This document shows positions 16,088-23,123 of a stretch of DNA of 24,598 nt, one piece after another. A model generated the notes under the pieces. That model saw only the letters and a list, made by a program, of their open reading frames with translations, was not told the origin of the DNA and ran no database searches. Source of the DNA: an uncultured archaeon (GTDB taxonomy: Archaea > Nanohalarchaeota > Nanosalinia > Nanosalinales > Nanosalinaceae); NCBI GenBank assembly GCA_964421955.1, contig CAYQYU010000014.1, forward strand, positions 1-24,598, written 5' to 3'. Each line of letters starts with the position of its first letter. The first letter of the stretch is position 1. A program made the position numbers and the translations under genes.

Positions 16088-16345
16088 ATGGTAGGTTTAG
16101 GCGGCAGCAAGTCGCTGATATCGAAGCTCGAGACCTCTCTGGTCGTTGACCTGTTGACTGTAGGCGTCCTGCTGTTTGACGCCTACGTGATCTACAACTC
16201 CATTGGTTACGGCGCAGATCTGACTGCTATAGGGTCGAGCGTGGAGGCTCTTGCAGTACAGCTTACTTTGGCGGTAGCGGCTCTCTATGCCCTAGAAATG
16301 GTGTTTGACAAAGTCAAGGGAGGCGGCAGCAGTCTATACGGATAG
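16088..16345 (+). CDS. Small 2-TM membrane protein, unknown function
   Basis: The track ORF 15959-16345 overlaps the 5S gene in its first 43 codons. I trimmed it to Met44 (MVGLGGSKSLISKLETSLVVDLLTVGVLLF...). It has hydrophobic helices and no other support. Confidence 0.35.
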   Translation: MVGLGGSKSLISKLETSLVVDLLTVGVLLFDAYVIYNSIGYGADLTAIGSSVEALAVQLTLAVAALYALEMVFDKVKGGGSSLYG

Positions 16346-16774
16346 GATTTCTTCAAGCTCCTGGGAACGGCTTTTCGGTATCCTCGAAGAGACTTTACCA
16401 TTCCTGTAGAAGCCACAGCCAACTATACAGTCCTCGAACTCCAGCGCCACGTAACCCTCTTTTTCGAGATTTCTTTCGATCATCTCCTCCCTTTTCAGCA
16501 TCTTCAGCGTCTCCTCTCTCGACATCTCCACCCTGTTCTTCTCGATCCGATCCCCGAGGAACTGGAGACTATAGGTTGTAGGTTTCAACCCAATATTGGT
16601 GTCGCGGATGAAACGTATGCCGTGGGCCTCTATATTGAGTGAAGTCTCAAGATCCCGGGATACGAGCCAGAGGTCGCCTGAACGTTTCCTCAGCTCGTAG
16701 TTTTTCAGTTCTCCTCTTTCAACTCCGAAACGTTCCTCAATGTAGTTCCATCCTCTACTTTCTAAATCTGGCAA
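16334..16774 (-). CDS. PUA-like / RsmF-C-terminal-like RNA-binding domain protein (partner of the upstream m5C methyltransferase)
   Basis: The 146-aa sequence has GIRFIRDTNIGLKPTTYSLQFLG and GYVALEFEDCIVGCGFYRNGKVSSRIPKSR. This resembles the C-terminal domains fused to NOL1/NOP2/Sun methyltransferases in other organisms. The domain assignment is from memory. It overlaps the upstream gene by 20 nt. Confidence 0.5.
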   Translation of the reverse strand: MPDLESRGWNYIEERFGVERGELKNYELRKRSGDLWLVSRDLETSLNIEAHGIRFIRDTNIGLKPTTYSLQFLGDRIEKNRVEMSREETLKMLKREEMIERNLEKEGYVALEFEDCIVGCGFYRNGKVSSRIPKSRSQELEEILSV

Positions 16775-17648
16775 CGTAGATCACCCCCGAATTCAGGTGG
16801 TGTGGATAGACACGGACGGTTTTCCTGAGATCTTCCCGGTATCTCTTTTCCCTGAACTCTGTAATTCCCCGCTGGTAGGGCAGATCAAGCGCTATTTCTT
16901 CGAGACTGAGGTCGGTCTCGTCAAGAATCTGGTCGACGACCTCCTCGTTCTCCTCCGGAGCTATTGTACATGTGGAGTAGACCAGTACTCCTCCGTCTTT
17001 CAGAAGTTTTGAGGCCTTCTTCATAAGCTGTTTCTGGAGCTCCGACAGGCTCTCGATCTCGTCTTTCGGGGCAGGTTCAAATTCTCTGCGGGCCTTGTCG
17101 CCCTCGCCACTACACGGCGCGTCGACAAGTATACGGCCGTATTTCTCGTCCTCCGGCAGGTTCCTGCCGTCGTAGTTGGTGGTGGCGATGCAGGCGGCTC
17201 CTGTACGGTATGTGTTGACTTGGAGACTCTGAAGCCGTTTCTTCGACGAATCGTTCGCCACCACGGTGCCTATGTTTTTGATCTTCGAGGCTATCTGGGT
17301 GGCCTTTCCTCCGGGCGCGGCGCACATGTCGAGAATTTTTTCTCCCGGACTAGGGTTCAGGACTTCTACGGGTATTGCGGCTGACTCTTCCTGTACGTAG
17401 TACTCTCCACGCCAGTGGAGCAGGGATTTTCCGGGCAGGTCTTCTCCAGGCAACCGGTAGATATTGTTGTTCCATCCGGGTTGTTCAACTTCTTTGAACT
17501 CTTGGTCCATATTCTCTTCAAAGTCGCCGCCAGCCTTTATCCTGTTCCTCCTGACCGCGGTCATCAGAGGTTCCTGGCATTCCTGCCTGAAAGCAGCCCA
17601 GTCGTCTATAATAGATTTGTAGCGCTCCATAGGTTGGTTTTGAGCCAA
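16755..17648 (-). CDS. NOL1/NOP2/Sun-family RNA cytosine-C5 methyltransferase
   Basis: The SAM motif is LDMCAAPGGKATQ. The catalytic Cys motifs are VDAPCSGEG and LVYSTCT. Confidence 0.9.
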   Translation of the reverse strand: MAQNQPMERYKSIIDDWAAFRQECQEPLMTAVRRNRIKAGGDFEENMDQEFKEVEQPGWNNNIYRLPGEDLPGKSLLHWRGEYYVQEESAAIPVEVLNPSPGEKILDMCAAPGGKATQIASKIKNIGTVVANDSSKKRLQSLQVNTYRTGAACIATTNYDGRNLPEDEKYGRILVDAPCSGEGDKARREFEPAPKDEIESLSELQKQLMKKASKLLKDGGVLVYSTCTIAPEENEEVVDQILDETDLSLEEIALDLPYQRGITEFREKRYREDLRKTVRVYPHHLNSGVIYVARFRK

Positions 17649-17662
17649 GTCTTTTTCTGTCT

Positions 17663-18232
17663 CTAGTTCAGATCGTCGAGTCTGGTTTGTCCCTTGTTTT
17701 CCTTCCCGAGGGCTTTCCTGAGGTCCTGCTCTAGCACGGGTTCCTTAGAGTTGTCGTAGAGCACCGCTGCGGGATGGAAGGTGGGCATGATCTTTCTGCC
17801 TTCACGGGAAAAGATTCGGCCGTGGATAGAGGTTATTCCCTTCCTGGTGCCGAGCAGCTGCCGGGACGCGAAGTTTCCCATGGGAATGATTATCTCTGGA
17901 TCGACGTCCTCTATCTCTTCCTCCAGGAGCGGTTTCCAGGCATCGATTTCGGCTTTTTTCGGGTCCCTGTTGTCGGGTGGCCGTATCTTGACGAGGTTGG
18001 TGATGTAGATGTCCTCCCTGCTAACCCCAATCTTGTGGAGAATCTCGTTCAACTTCTTTCCGGCCCGACCTACGAATGGTTCGCCCTCCTTGACCTCGTT
18101 GGCCCCGGGAGCCTCTCCCACGAGCATGATCTCTGAGTCCAGGGATCCGACCGATGGAACAAACCTTTCTTCATCAAAGTATCCTGGGTCGAGTTGGTCG
18201 AAGAATTCGCTGTGGCGTTCCTGGAAGCCCAT
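17663..18232 (-). CDS. Uracil-DNA glycosylase, family 4-like, without any cysteine
   Basis: Motif A is GEAPGANEVKEGEPFVGRAGKKL and motif B is HPAAVLY. The 189-aa translation contains no Cys at all. Confidence 0.8.
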   Translation of the reverse strand: MGFQERHSEFFDQLDPGYFDEERFVPSVGSLDSEIMLVGEAPGANEVKEGEPFVGRAGKKLNEILHKIGVSREDIYITNLVKIRPPDNRDPKKAEIDAWKPLLEEEIEDVDPEIIIPMGNFASRQLLGTRKGITSIHGRIFSREGRKIMPTFHPAAVLYDNSKEPVLEQDLRKALGKENKGQTRLDDLN

Positions 18233-18360
18233 AGCTTAGGATTCAGATGAAGTATTATAATTTTGACCGGTTTCCGTGAACCTGATTGTAGATGTTTGAC
18301 CCCTGTGAAACTACTTAAGCGCTCCCGGACAGCCAAATAATAGTAAATGGAGGGTCTGGA

Positions 18361-19134
18361 ATGAAGTCTGGAAACTTGAGAAAGTTGGCGGTCCTTGCGT
18401 TGTTTCTGGCTGCAGCCGTATCCCTGTCCGTGGCTCAGGAAGACGATACCAGGCTGAGAGCGGTTCACATGTCTCCAGGCGCATCTGACATCAGCGTTTT
18501 CTTGGACGGTGAAAGATACTCACGGAGAATAGGATTCGGTGTGGCGACAGGCTACAGGACTCTGGATACGGGTTCAAGTACTGTCGAACTGATCTCGGAG
18601 GGCGACAGCCTTTTGACGAGAACTCTGGACCTCGATGAGGGAGATTATACTCTTGTTATACGTGACAGGAGCTTCAATCCGGGCACGACCCTGATAAGGG
18701 ATTTCGGCGATTCCGCACCCAGCGACCGATCAAGGGTCAGGATCGCCCATTTCTCGCCTGACGTTCTTAACGTGGATGTTTCGCTTTCTGACGGAAGTAC
18801 GTTCAATGTCAACGATCTGTCCTATAGAGGTGTGAGCCGTTACCGCAGCCTGCGGCCAGGATCAAACTACACTTTAACAGTGGAAGATGCCTCTACTGGT
18901 CGGCAGCTGCTCGAACAGGATTTGAGACTCAGACGAGGCAGAACTTCGACACTTTTCATATCGGGCCTTTTGAGACAGAGTCCTCGTCTGGGTGTGAGAG
19001 GCATAACAGAGGCTACCCGAGATACTGATGGCAGTAATGGAGGTGGTGACGATGACGGCGGAGAGGACTGGGTAACGATAAGGAGAGGAGACTACAGATT
19101 CGAGTGTAGAGTAATCGATCTCTCAGAAAATTGA
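18361..19134 (+). CDS. Secreted DUF4397-like protein (two repeats)
   Basis: The signal peptide is MKSGNLRKLAVLALFLAAAVSLSVAQE. Two repeats have the form RLRAVHMSPGASDISVFLDG / RVRIAHFSPDVLNVDVSLSDG, matching the DUF4397 pattern as I recall it. Confidence 0.7.
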   Translation: MKSGNLRKLAVLALFLAAAVSLSVAQEDDTRLRAVHMSPGASDISVFLDGERYSRRIGFGVATGYRTLDTGSSTVELISEGDSLLTRTLDLDEGDYTLVIRDRSFNPGTTLIRDFGDSAPSDRSRVRIAHFSPDVLNVDVSLSDGSTFNVNDLSYRGVSRYRSLRPGSNYTLTVEDASTGRQLLEQDLRLRRGRTSTLFISGLLRQSPRLGVRGITEATRDTDGSNGGGDDDGGEDWVTIRRGDYRFECRVIDLSEN

Positions 19135-19164
19135 TTCTATCAAGTCGGGCAGGTTTAAGGAATG

Positions 19165-19238
19165 TCCCGCCCCCCCGATTTGAACGGGGGACAAGTCGCT
19201 CTACAGGCGACCGCTCTGCCAGACTGAGCTAGGGCGGG
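19165..19238 (-). tRNA. tRNA-Tyr (anticodon GTA)
   Basis: Minus strand sequence is CCCGCCC TA GCTC AGTCTGGCA GAGC G GTCGC CTGTAGA GCGAC TTGTC CCCCG TTCAAAT CGGGG GGGCGGG A. All stems are Watson-Crick, and C1-G72 is the archaeal/eukaryal tRNA-Tyr identity pair. Confidence 0.92.
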
Positions 19239-19289
19239 ATATGGAGTCTTTCAGACTAGCGCCTGCTCAGGCCAGAAACCCGGGGTTTC

Positions 19290-19307
19290 GACTTGAGCTA
19301 GGGCGGG
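19290..19307 (-). repeat. Upstream duplicate of the first 14 nt (acceptor 5' strand, TA, D-stem 5' strand) of tRNA-Tyr
   Basis: + strand TGAGCTAGGGCGGG at 19294-19307 is identical to 19225-19238. With a 1-nt indel the match extends to GAC(T)TGAGCTAGGGCGGG. Confidence 0.8.
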
Positions 19308-19356
19308 GAGCTTAGCTAACGGCTAAAAGACAATTTTAGAATGGGTGGTCAAGTTT

Positions 19357-20718
19357 TTAAGTGGAATCCTCGGGCTGGAACTCTGCCCCGACTTTCGAGG
19401 TCTCGGATATTTTCTGGTCGTCGGCTTTGATTTCTGCTTCAGGAAGTGTGACCCCTCCCTCAACTTCAAGCAGAGGCTTTATAGAGTATTCAAACACTCT
19501 CTGGTCTCCGGCTTCAAGCTCGTCGATCTCCCAGTTGAGCCTTGTACCGTTGGATGTCTTCCGGATGACGGGCTTTGCCATGGGGAAATCCTCTTTCAGT
19601 GAGGCGATGCTGGGTATGAAGTCTTCTACCTCAACTCTCTGCAGCGGCCTGCTGGATTTGTTCTTGAGCTCTAGGTGGATCTTGACTCCATCGTCGGTCT
19701 CTTTCGCGGTCTTGGTGAACTCGACGTCCTTTCTTGTTCTCTTGATTACAACTATTCCTCCAAGCAGAACCGTTAAGACTGACAGAGGTATCCAGTAGTT
19801 AATGGTGTACCTGACAGACGCCGAATCTCCAGGCTCCAGGTTGAAGTTCCACGTATATCTGGTTCCATCCTCTGTCTCCGTGGTGCTGTCTGGCTCTTGG
19901 GTGACGGTTGTTATGGGGGATATGTAGCTTGGGAGGGTGTCTGCCAGTTCTACTTCGGTTTCAAAGTTTCCGGAGTTTCTTACCGATAGAGTCCTTGTAA
20001 AGACAAGTATCCTGTTGTCGGTTGCGGTGTTTTTCTCAATATTTCTCTGCCGGAGCACTTCGATCTCTTGGGTCACTGACTGCTCCTCCTCGCCGTTCCT
20101 CCTAATAGATATTTCTACATCTGTTTTGCCAGGAGGGGTTCTACCGGTCGTCGGGACCTCGATGTCGAGCGCTCCTGTTGATCCGGGAGACAGAGGAAGA
20201 CCTTTCTTTTCGACAGTCCTGTTGTGAATCGTTGCCTCCAGGGTATAGTTTTCTACCTGTCTCGCTGCGGTGTTCAGTATCTCCACCGTGTATGAAACTG
20301 ATTCTCCAGGGTCTACCTGGTTTTTGCTCCCGGATACCGATCTCAGTGTCAGATCGTTCTCGCGCTCCACCGAGAAATACTCGGTCAGTTCGGCGGTTTC
20401 GTCATCCTGTGACCTGATATAGGTGTTGAACCGGTAGTTCTGCTGGATGGCGTTCTCGGGAGGGGTGACCACGAGAGAGAAATTGCTGGTCTCCCCTGGA
20501 CCCAGGGTCTTGGCGTTCTCGATGTAGAACCAGGATGACTGGGGATTGACACTAAGCCGGAAGCGTCTTTCGACTGCCTGATCGTTCTCCACGGAAACCT
20601 CGAATCTCCCGGGATCATCCGGACTTGCCGACCTGTCAACTACATGGATGTTCGCAGGAAATGCTGCAGAGCCTCCTGCCATGAAAATCACAATACCCAG
20701 AAGTAGTTTTTTCCGCAT
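19357..20718 (-). CDS. Large exported protein with beta-rich repeats, one C-proximal TM helix and a cytoplasmic beta domain (unknown function)
   Basis: The signal-like N-terminus is MRKKLLLGIVIFMAGGSAAF. Repeated modules resemble CARDB/DUF11-type domains (FSLVVTPPENA, YTVEILNTA). The TM helix is WIPLSVLTVLLGGIVVI, followed by a 130-aa tail. Confidence 0.75.
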   Translation of the reverse strand: MRKKLLLGIVIFMAGGSAAFPANIHVVDRSASPDDPGRFEVSVENDQAVERRFRLSVNPQSSWFYIENAKTLGPGETSNFSLVVTPPENAIQQNYRFNTYIRSQDDETAELTEYFSVERENDLTLRSVSGSKNQVDPGESVSYTVEILNTAARQVENYTLEATIHNRTVEKKGLPLSPGSTGALDIEVPTTGRTPPGKTDVEISIRRNGEEEQSVTQEIEVLRQRNIEKNTATDNRILVFTRTLSVRNSGNFETEVELADTLPSYISPITTVTQEPDSTTETEDGTRYTWNFNLEPGDSASVRYTINYWIPLSVLTVLLGGIVVIKRTRKDVEFTKTAKETDDGVKIHLELKNKSSRPLQRVEVEDFIPSIASLKEDFPMAKPVIRKTSNGTRLNWEIDELEAGDQRVFEYSIKPLLEVEGGVTLPEAEIKADDQKISETSKVGAEFQPEDST

Positions 20719-20737
20719 AACCTAGGTTTGTACTCTG

Positions 20738-20748
20738 AATATTTAAAA
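20738..20748 (-). promoter_or_regulatory. TATA-box-like element for the 453-aa exported protein gene
   Basis: TTTTAAATATT on the minus strand is centred ~25 nt upstream of the ATG at 20718. Confidence 0.45.
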
Positions 20749-20763
20749 CCGAGAACTCCCATG

Positions 20764-20830
20764 TGTGACCGTTTTCTGAACCTTGATATCTCCACGAGAT
20801 AGAATAAAGAGAGTGGATGTGACCGTTTTC
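20764..20830. repeat. Two exact copies of TGTGACCGTTTTC spaced 54 nt apart (candidate operator sites)
   Basis: Copies lie at 20764-20776 and 20818-20830, just upstream (minus-strand sense) of the promoter at 20738-20748. Confidence 0.6.
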
Positions 20831-21230
20831 AGGCCTGCGGAGTAGCTTTCTTTGGCAGTAATTGAGGAGAGATACGGACTGTCTCCATTTCATACTCCTT
20901 TAGAGCCTGTATCTCCGTCTCAAAATTTCGGTAATTTGGGTTCATGTCTCATCACCTGTTTTAAATCTGGAAGAAGATTTTTAAGGTCTTTATTCTATCC
21001 GAAATGATTGGATAATGGTTGTAGTGTTATCCTGGGCACCTCCTATTAACGATAGGATTCAATCTCTATTTATAATATCTTTATTGCGTTTTGATATATG
21101 TATAGAGCTCAAAATATGTTCTAATGATCTATAAAATCTTCTTTTATTTCAAAAGATGTGAAAAATGCGTTTATATCTATTAAAGGCTCTTGGGAGAGTT
21201 AAGAAGCTCTATAAACTGATCAGCATATTT

Positions 21231-21455
21231 TTATCCCTTTGAAGTGAGTTCGAGTATTTTCTTTCTTCCTTCTTTCCTGGATTTTATGAGTCCCAGATCT
21301 TCCATCCGGGAGAGGATCTTAACCGTGTGGGCATAGGTTGTATCAATCTTCTTTGATATCAGGCTGCCGTAGACATCGTCCCGGTTCTTCCTTATTGTAA
21401 CCAGCGCCATCACTGGTTTCTCGTTAAGGAAAAACTCTCGCTCCTCCGTGTTCAT
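21231..21455 (-). CDS. Small winged-helix DNA-binding protein (MarR/TrmB-like wHTH)
   Basis: The 74-aa sequence YGSLISKKIDTTYAHTVKILSRMEDLGLIKSRKEGRKKILELTSKG fits an HTH plus wing pattern. Its start overlaps the upstream PRTase-like gene by 4 nt (ATGA). Confidence 0.7.
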   Translation of the reverse strand: MNTEEREFFLNEKPVMALVTIRKNRDDVYGSLISKKIDTTYAHTVKILSRMEDLGLIKSRKEGRKKILELTSKG

Positions 21456-22123
21456 CCCGCATCCCCCTCTTTCGAGAATTTTTCCATAATCGCGCTTGCA
21501 CCTGTTTCCCGGTCAATATCTGTCCAGTCATTCTCTTTCATCGTATCGCTGAGTCCCAGGACTACGCAGGCGACTCTTTCGGCTCCCTCGTCGAGCAATC
21601 TGTTGGTTGCATGTAGCAATGAGGTGCCGGAGAGCGAGATGTTGTCTACCACGATTATGTTCTTGTCCTCGACCTCGCCATCGATGTCTATCGATCCCTC
21701 GAGGTTCACAACTTTCTGTTTTGGGGTATCCAGCTCGTGGCTCTCTTCGATCTTCTGGTTGCGGACTATGACCTGGTCGTAGTCGATAGCCAGTTCTTCA
21801 GAGACATTTTCCACGAGCCGCTGCAAGTGCGGGTTAACCTCGCCCTTTGAATGTGTCGGGTACAGAGTTGCAAGGTCCCAGTCCACTCTGTCGTTTACGA
21901 ATCTTGTCTTGAACAGGTCTTTCAGCCTATCTTTAAACTCTTCCTCTATGTCTTCGTCCCCGTAAACGTAGAACCAGACCGTCTTCCGTGTGAAGTCATC
22001 TTCTCCCTTTGAGTCGGGATCGTAGTAGTCCATACCAAATATGTGGGCTGGTTCGTCGTAGTAGATAGAGTTCGCGATGCGGTAAATATAGGGGTCTTCC
22101 GAGAGTTCTCTGTTTCTGGACAT
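21452..22123 (-). CDS. Phosphoribosyltransferase-fold protein, ComF-like
   Basis: The PRPP-binding loop analogue is KNIIVVDNISLSGTSLLHATNRLLDEGAERVACVVLG (hydrophobic strand, acidic/polar residues, S/T-G-x-T, then GA..V). It has a ComF-like layout with a non-homologous N-terminal ~90 aa and no Zn-finger cysteines. Confidence 0.65.
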   Translation of the reverse strand: MSRNRELSEDPYIYRIANSIYYDEPAHIFGMDYYDPDSKGEDDFTRKTVWFYVYGDEDIEEEFKDRLKDLFKTRFVNDRVDWDLATLYPTHSKGEVNPHLQRLVENVSEELAIDYDQVIVRNQKIEESHELDTPKQKVVNLEGSIDIDGEVEDKNIIVVDNISLSGTSLLHATNRLLDEGAERVACVVLGLSDTMKENDWTDIDRETGASAIMEKFSKEGDAG

Positions 22124-22368
22124 ATCAAAAGAATCTTTCTATTTTATTAAAACGATATATATAGAGCTGTACATCTGTGAACATAGTACAGCCGTTTTAC
22201 AGCTCTTCTCTACATGGCTTCTGTAGAAACCATCCGGTTCTGGGGATGTTCTGCAGTACAGGAAACTACAGAAAGCTTGGTTCCAGGAAATATCATGCTT
22301 GGATTGTTGAGGAAAACAGCTTCAGGACTGAAGATTTGCTTTTATTTGTGTCCCGGGCCGGATTTGCC

Positions 22369-22563
22369 ATGGACTGGGATCATCTGTTTGACAGAATAAG
22401 AGAAGAGATGGAGAAGGAACGCAAGAGGCGCCGCAAAAAAGAGCGCAGGGAAAGAATGATTAAAGAATCAAGAAGTGTCCTGTGGTCTCTGGTCCAGTTT
22501 ACCAGTGCGCTGCTGGTTCTGAAGTGGATTCTGGAGCTGGTATGGCCTTCGGAAGATGAGTAA
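22369..22563 (+). CDS. 64-aa protein with highly basic segment and C-terminal TM helix (hypothetical)
   Basis: The sequence is MDWDHLFDRIREEMEKERKRRRKKERRERMIKESRSVLWSLVQFTSALLVLKWILELVW. I trimmed the track ORF 22177-22563 to the internal ATG because the upstream part looks like structured leader. Support is weak. Confidence 0.3.
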   Translation: MDWDHLFDRIREEMEKERKRRRKKERRERMIKESRSVLWSLVQFTSALLVLKWILELVWPSEDE

Positions 22564-22941
22564 CTACGGGAGGGTGTCGTCTTCTTCCTCTTCATCGCTA
22601 CCGGTTTCCAGGGTGTTGTCGAAGACTCCGGGCTCCTCCATTTCCGTATTTGCTTCGGTCCTATCACGGAAATCGAATTTCTCGCTGCTGAGATGGATTC
22701 CACTGTCCTGGGCGTACGCAAACTTCAGGTCTTTCTCATCCAGGATTTCGAAGAACTCCTCCCAGCTTATCTCTTCAAGGTTGCTGTCGCTGTCCTCGTC
22801 CTCGAATATTATGCCCAGCCTCACGTCTGTCCCCGGCTTATCTACCTTGGCAGGTTTACCCTCGTGCTCTTCAATCCAGTCGCGGATGTGATCCGTGTCA
22901 TCCGTAGTGATCACATTTTCCTCGTTTCCAGAGATTACCAT
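22564..22941 (-). CDS. Conserved small acidic protein of unknown function
   Basis: ITTDDTDHIRDWIEEHEGKPAKV...LEEISWEEFFEILDEKDLKFAYAQD matches a pattern (TTDHxxIRxWAExRGGxPA...ISWxEFFxxFxxxxLAFLYQ) that I recall from uncharacterised proteins of haloarchaea, actinobacteria and Deinococcus. Confidence 0.65.
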   Translation of the reverse strand: MVISGNEENVITTDDTDHIRDWIEEHEGKPAKVDKPGTDVRLGIIFEDEDSDSNLEEISWEEFFEILDEKDLKFAYAQDSGIHLSSEKFDFRDRTEANTEMEEPGVFDNTLETGSDEEEEDDTLP

Positions 22942-23002
22942 TTTTCACACCACACTACATTCTTGACCGCGATAGATCAAAACGGTTATGGTTAGAAGCA
23001 AT

Positions 23003-23027
23003 TGGCAGGACCCGGATTTGAACCGAA
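23003..23027 (-). other. Orphan tRNA 3'-end-like fragment (T-arm plus acceptor 3' strand plus discriminator)
   Basis: Minus strand sequence is TTCGG TTCAAAT CCGGG TCCTGCC A. No matching 5' acceptor strand (GGCAGGA), D-arm or anticodon arm occurs within ~150 nt. It is flanked by the 8-nt direct repeat GCAATTGG (22998-23005 and 23040-23047). Confidence 0.5.
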
Positions 23028-23123
23028 ACCTGTGTATATGCAATTGGAAGTTTCCGGATTCCATACTTCGACCAAAAGACATTTAAGTGCTACTATATAA
23101 TAACAACACATTGGTGGATTCAA

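Noticed and set aside
20636-20893. 85-aa minus-strand ORF in the AT-rich gap
   Set aside because: It overlaps the start and promoter of the 453-aa gene. Its repeated ENGH peptides come from the duplicated TGTGACCGTTTTC DNA motif. It is Cys/Ser/Arg-rich and non-protein-like.
21231-22123. Retron interpretation of the PRTase plus wHTH pair
   Set aside because: No reverse transcriptase ORF or fragment occurs anywhere in the window, and I could not identify an msr/msd-like structure with confidence. It is kept only as a remote analogy in the finding.
22177-22399. Track ORFs 22177-22563 (full length) and 22214-22399
   Set aside because: The upstream parts are Cys/Gly/Phe-rich, overlap strong inverted repeats, and start at a non-ATG codon or lack a promoter context. 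Only the C-terminal 64 codons from ATG 22369 look protein-like, and even that is uncertain.
22561-22566. Convergent genes 22369-22563 (+) and 22564-22941 (-) abut with zero intergenic nucleotides, considered as an antisense or toxin-antitoxin arrangement
   Set aside because: The + strand ORF is itself doubtful, and nothing else supports a TA pair (no recognisable toxin or antitoxin fold).
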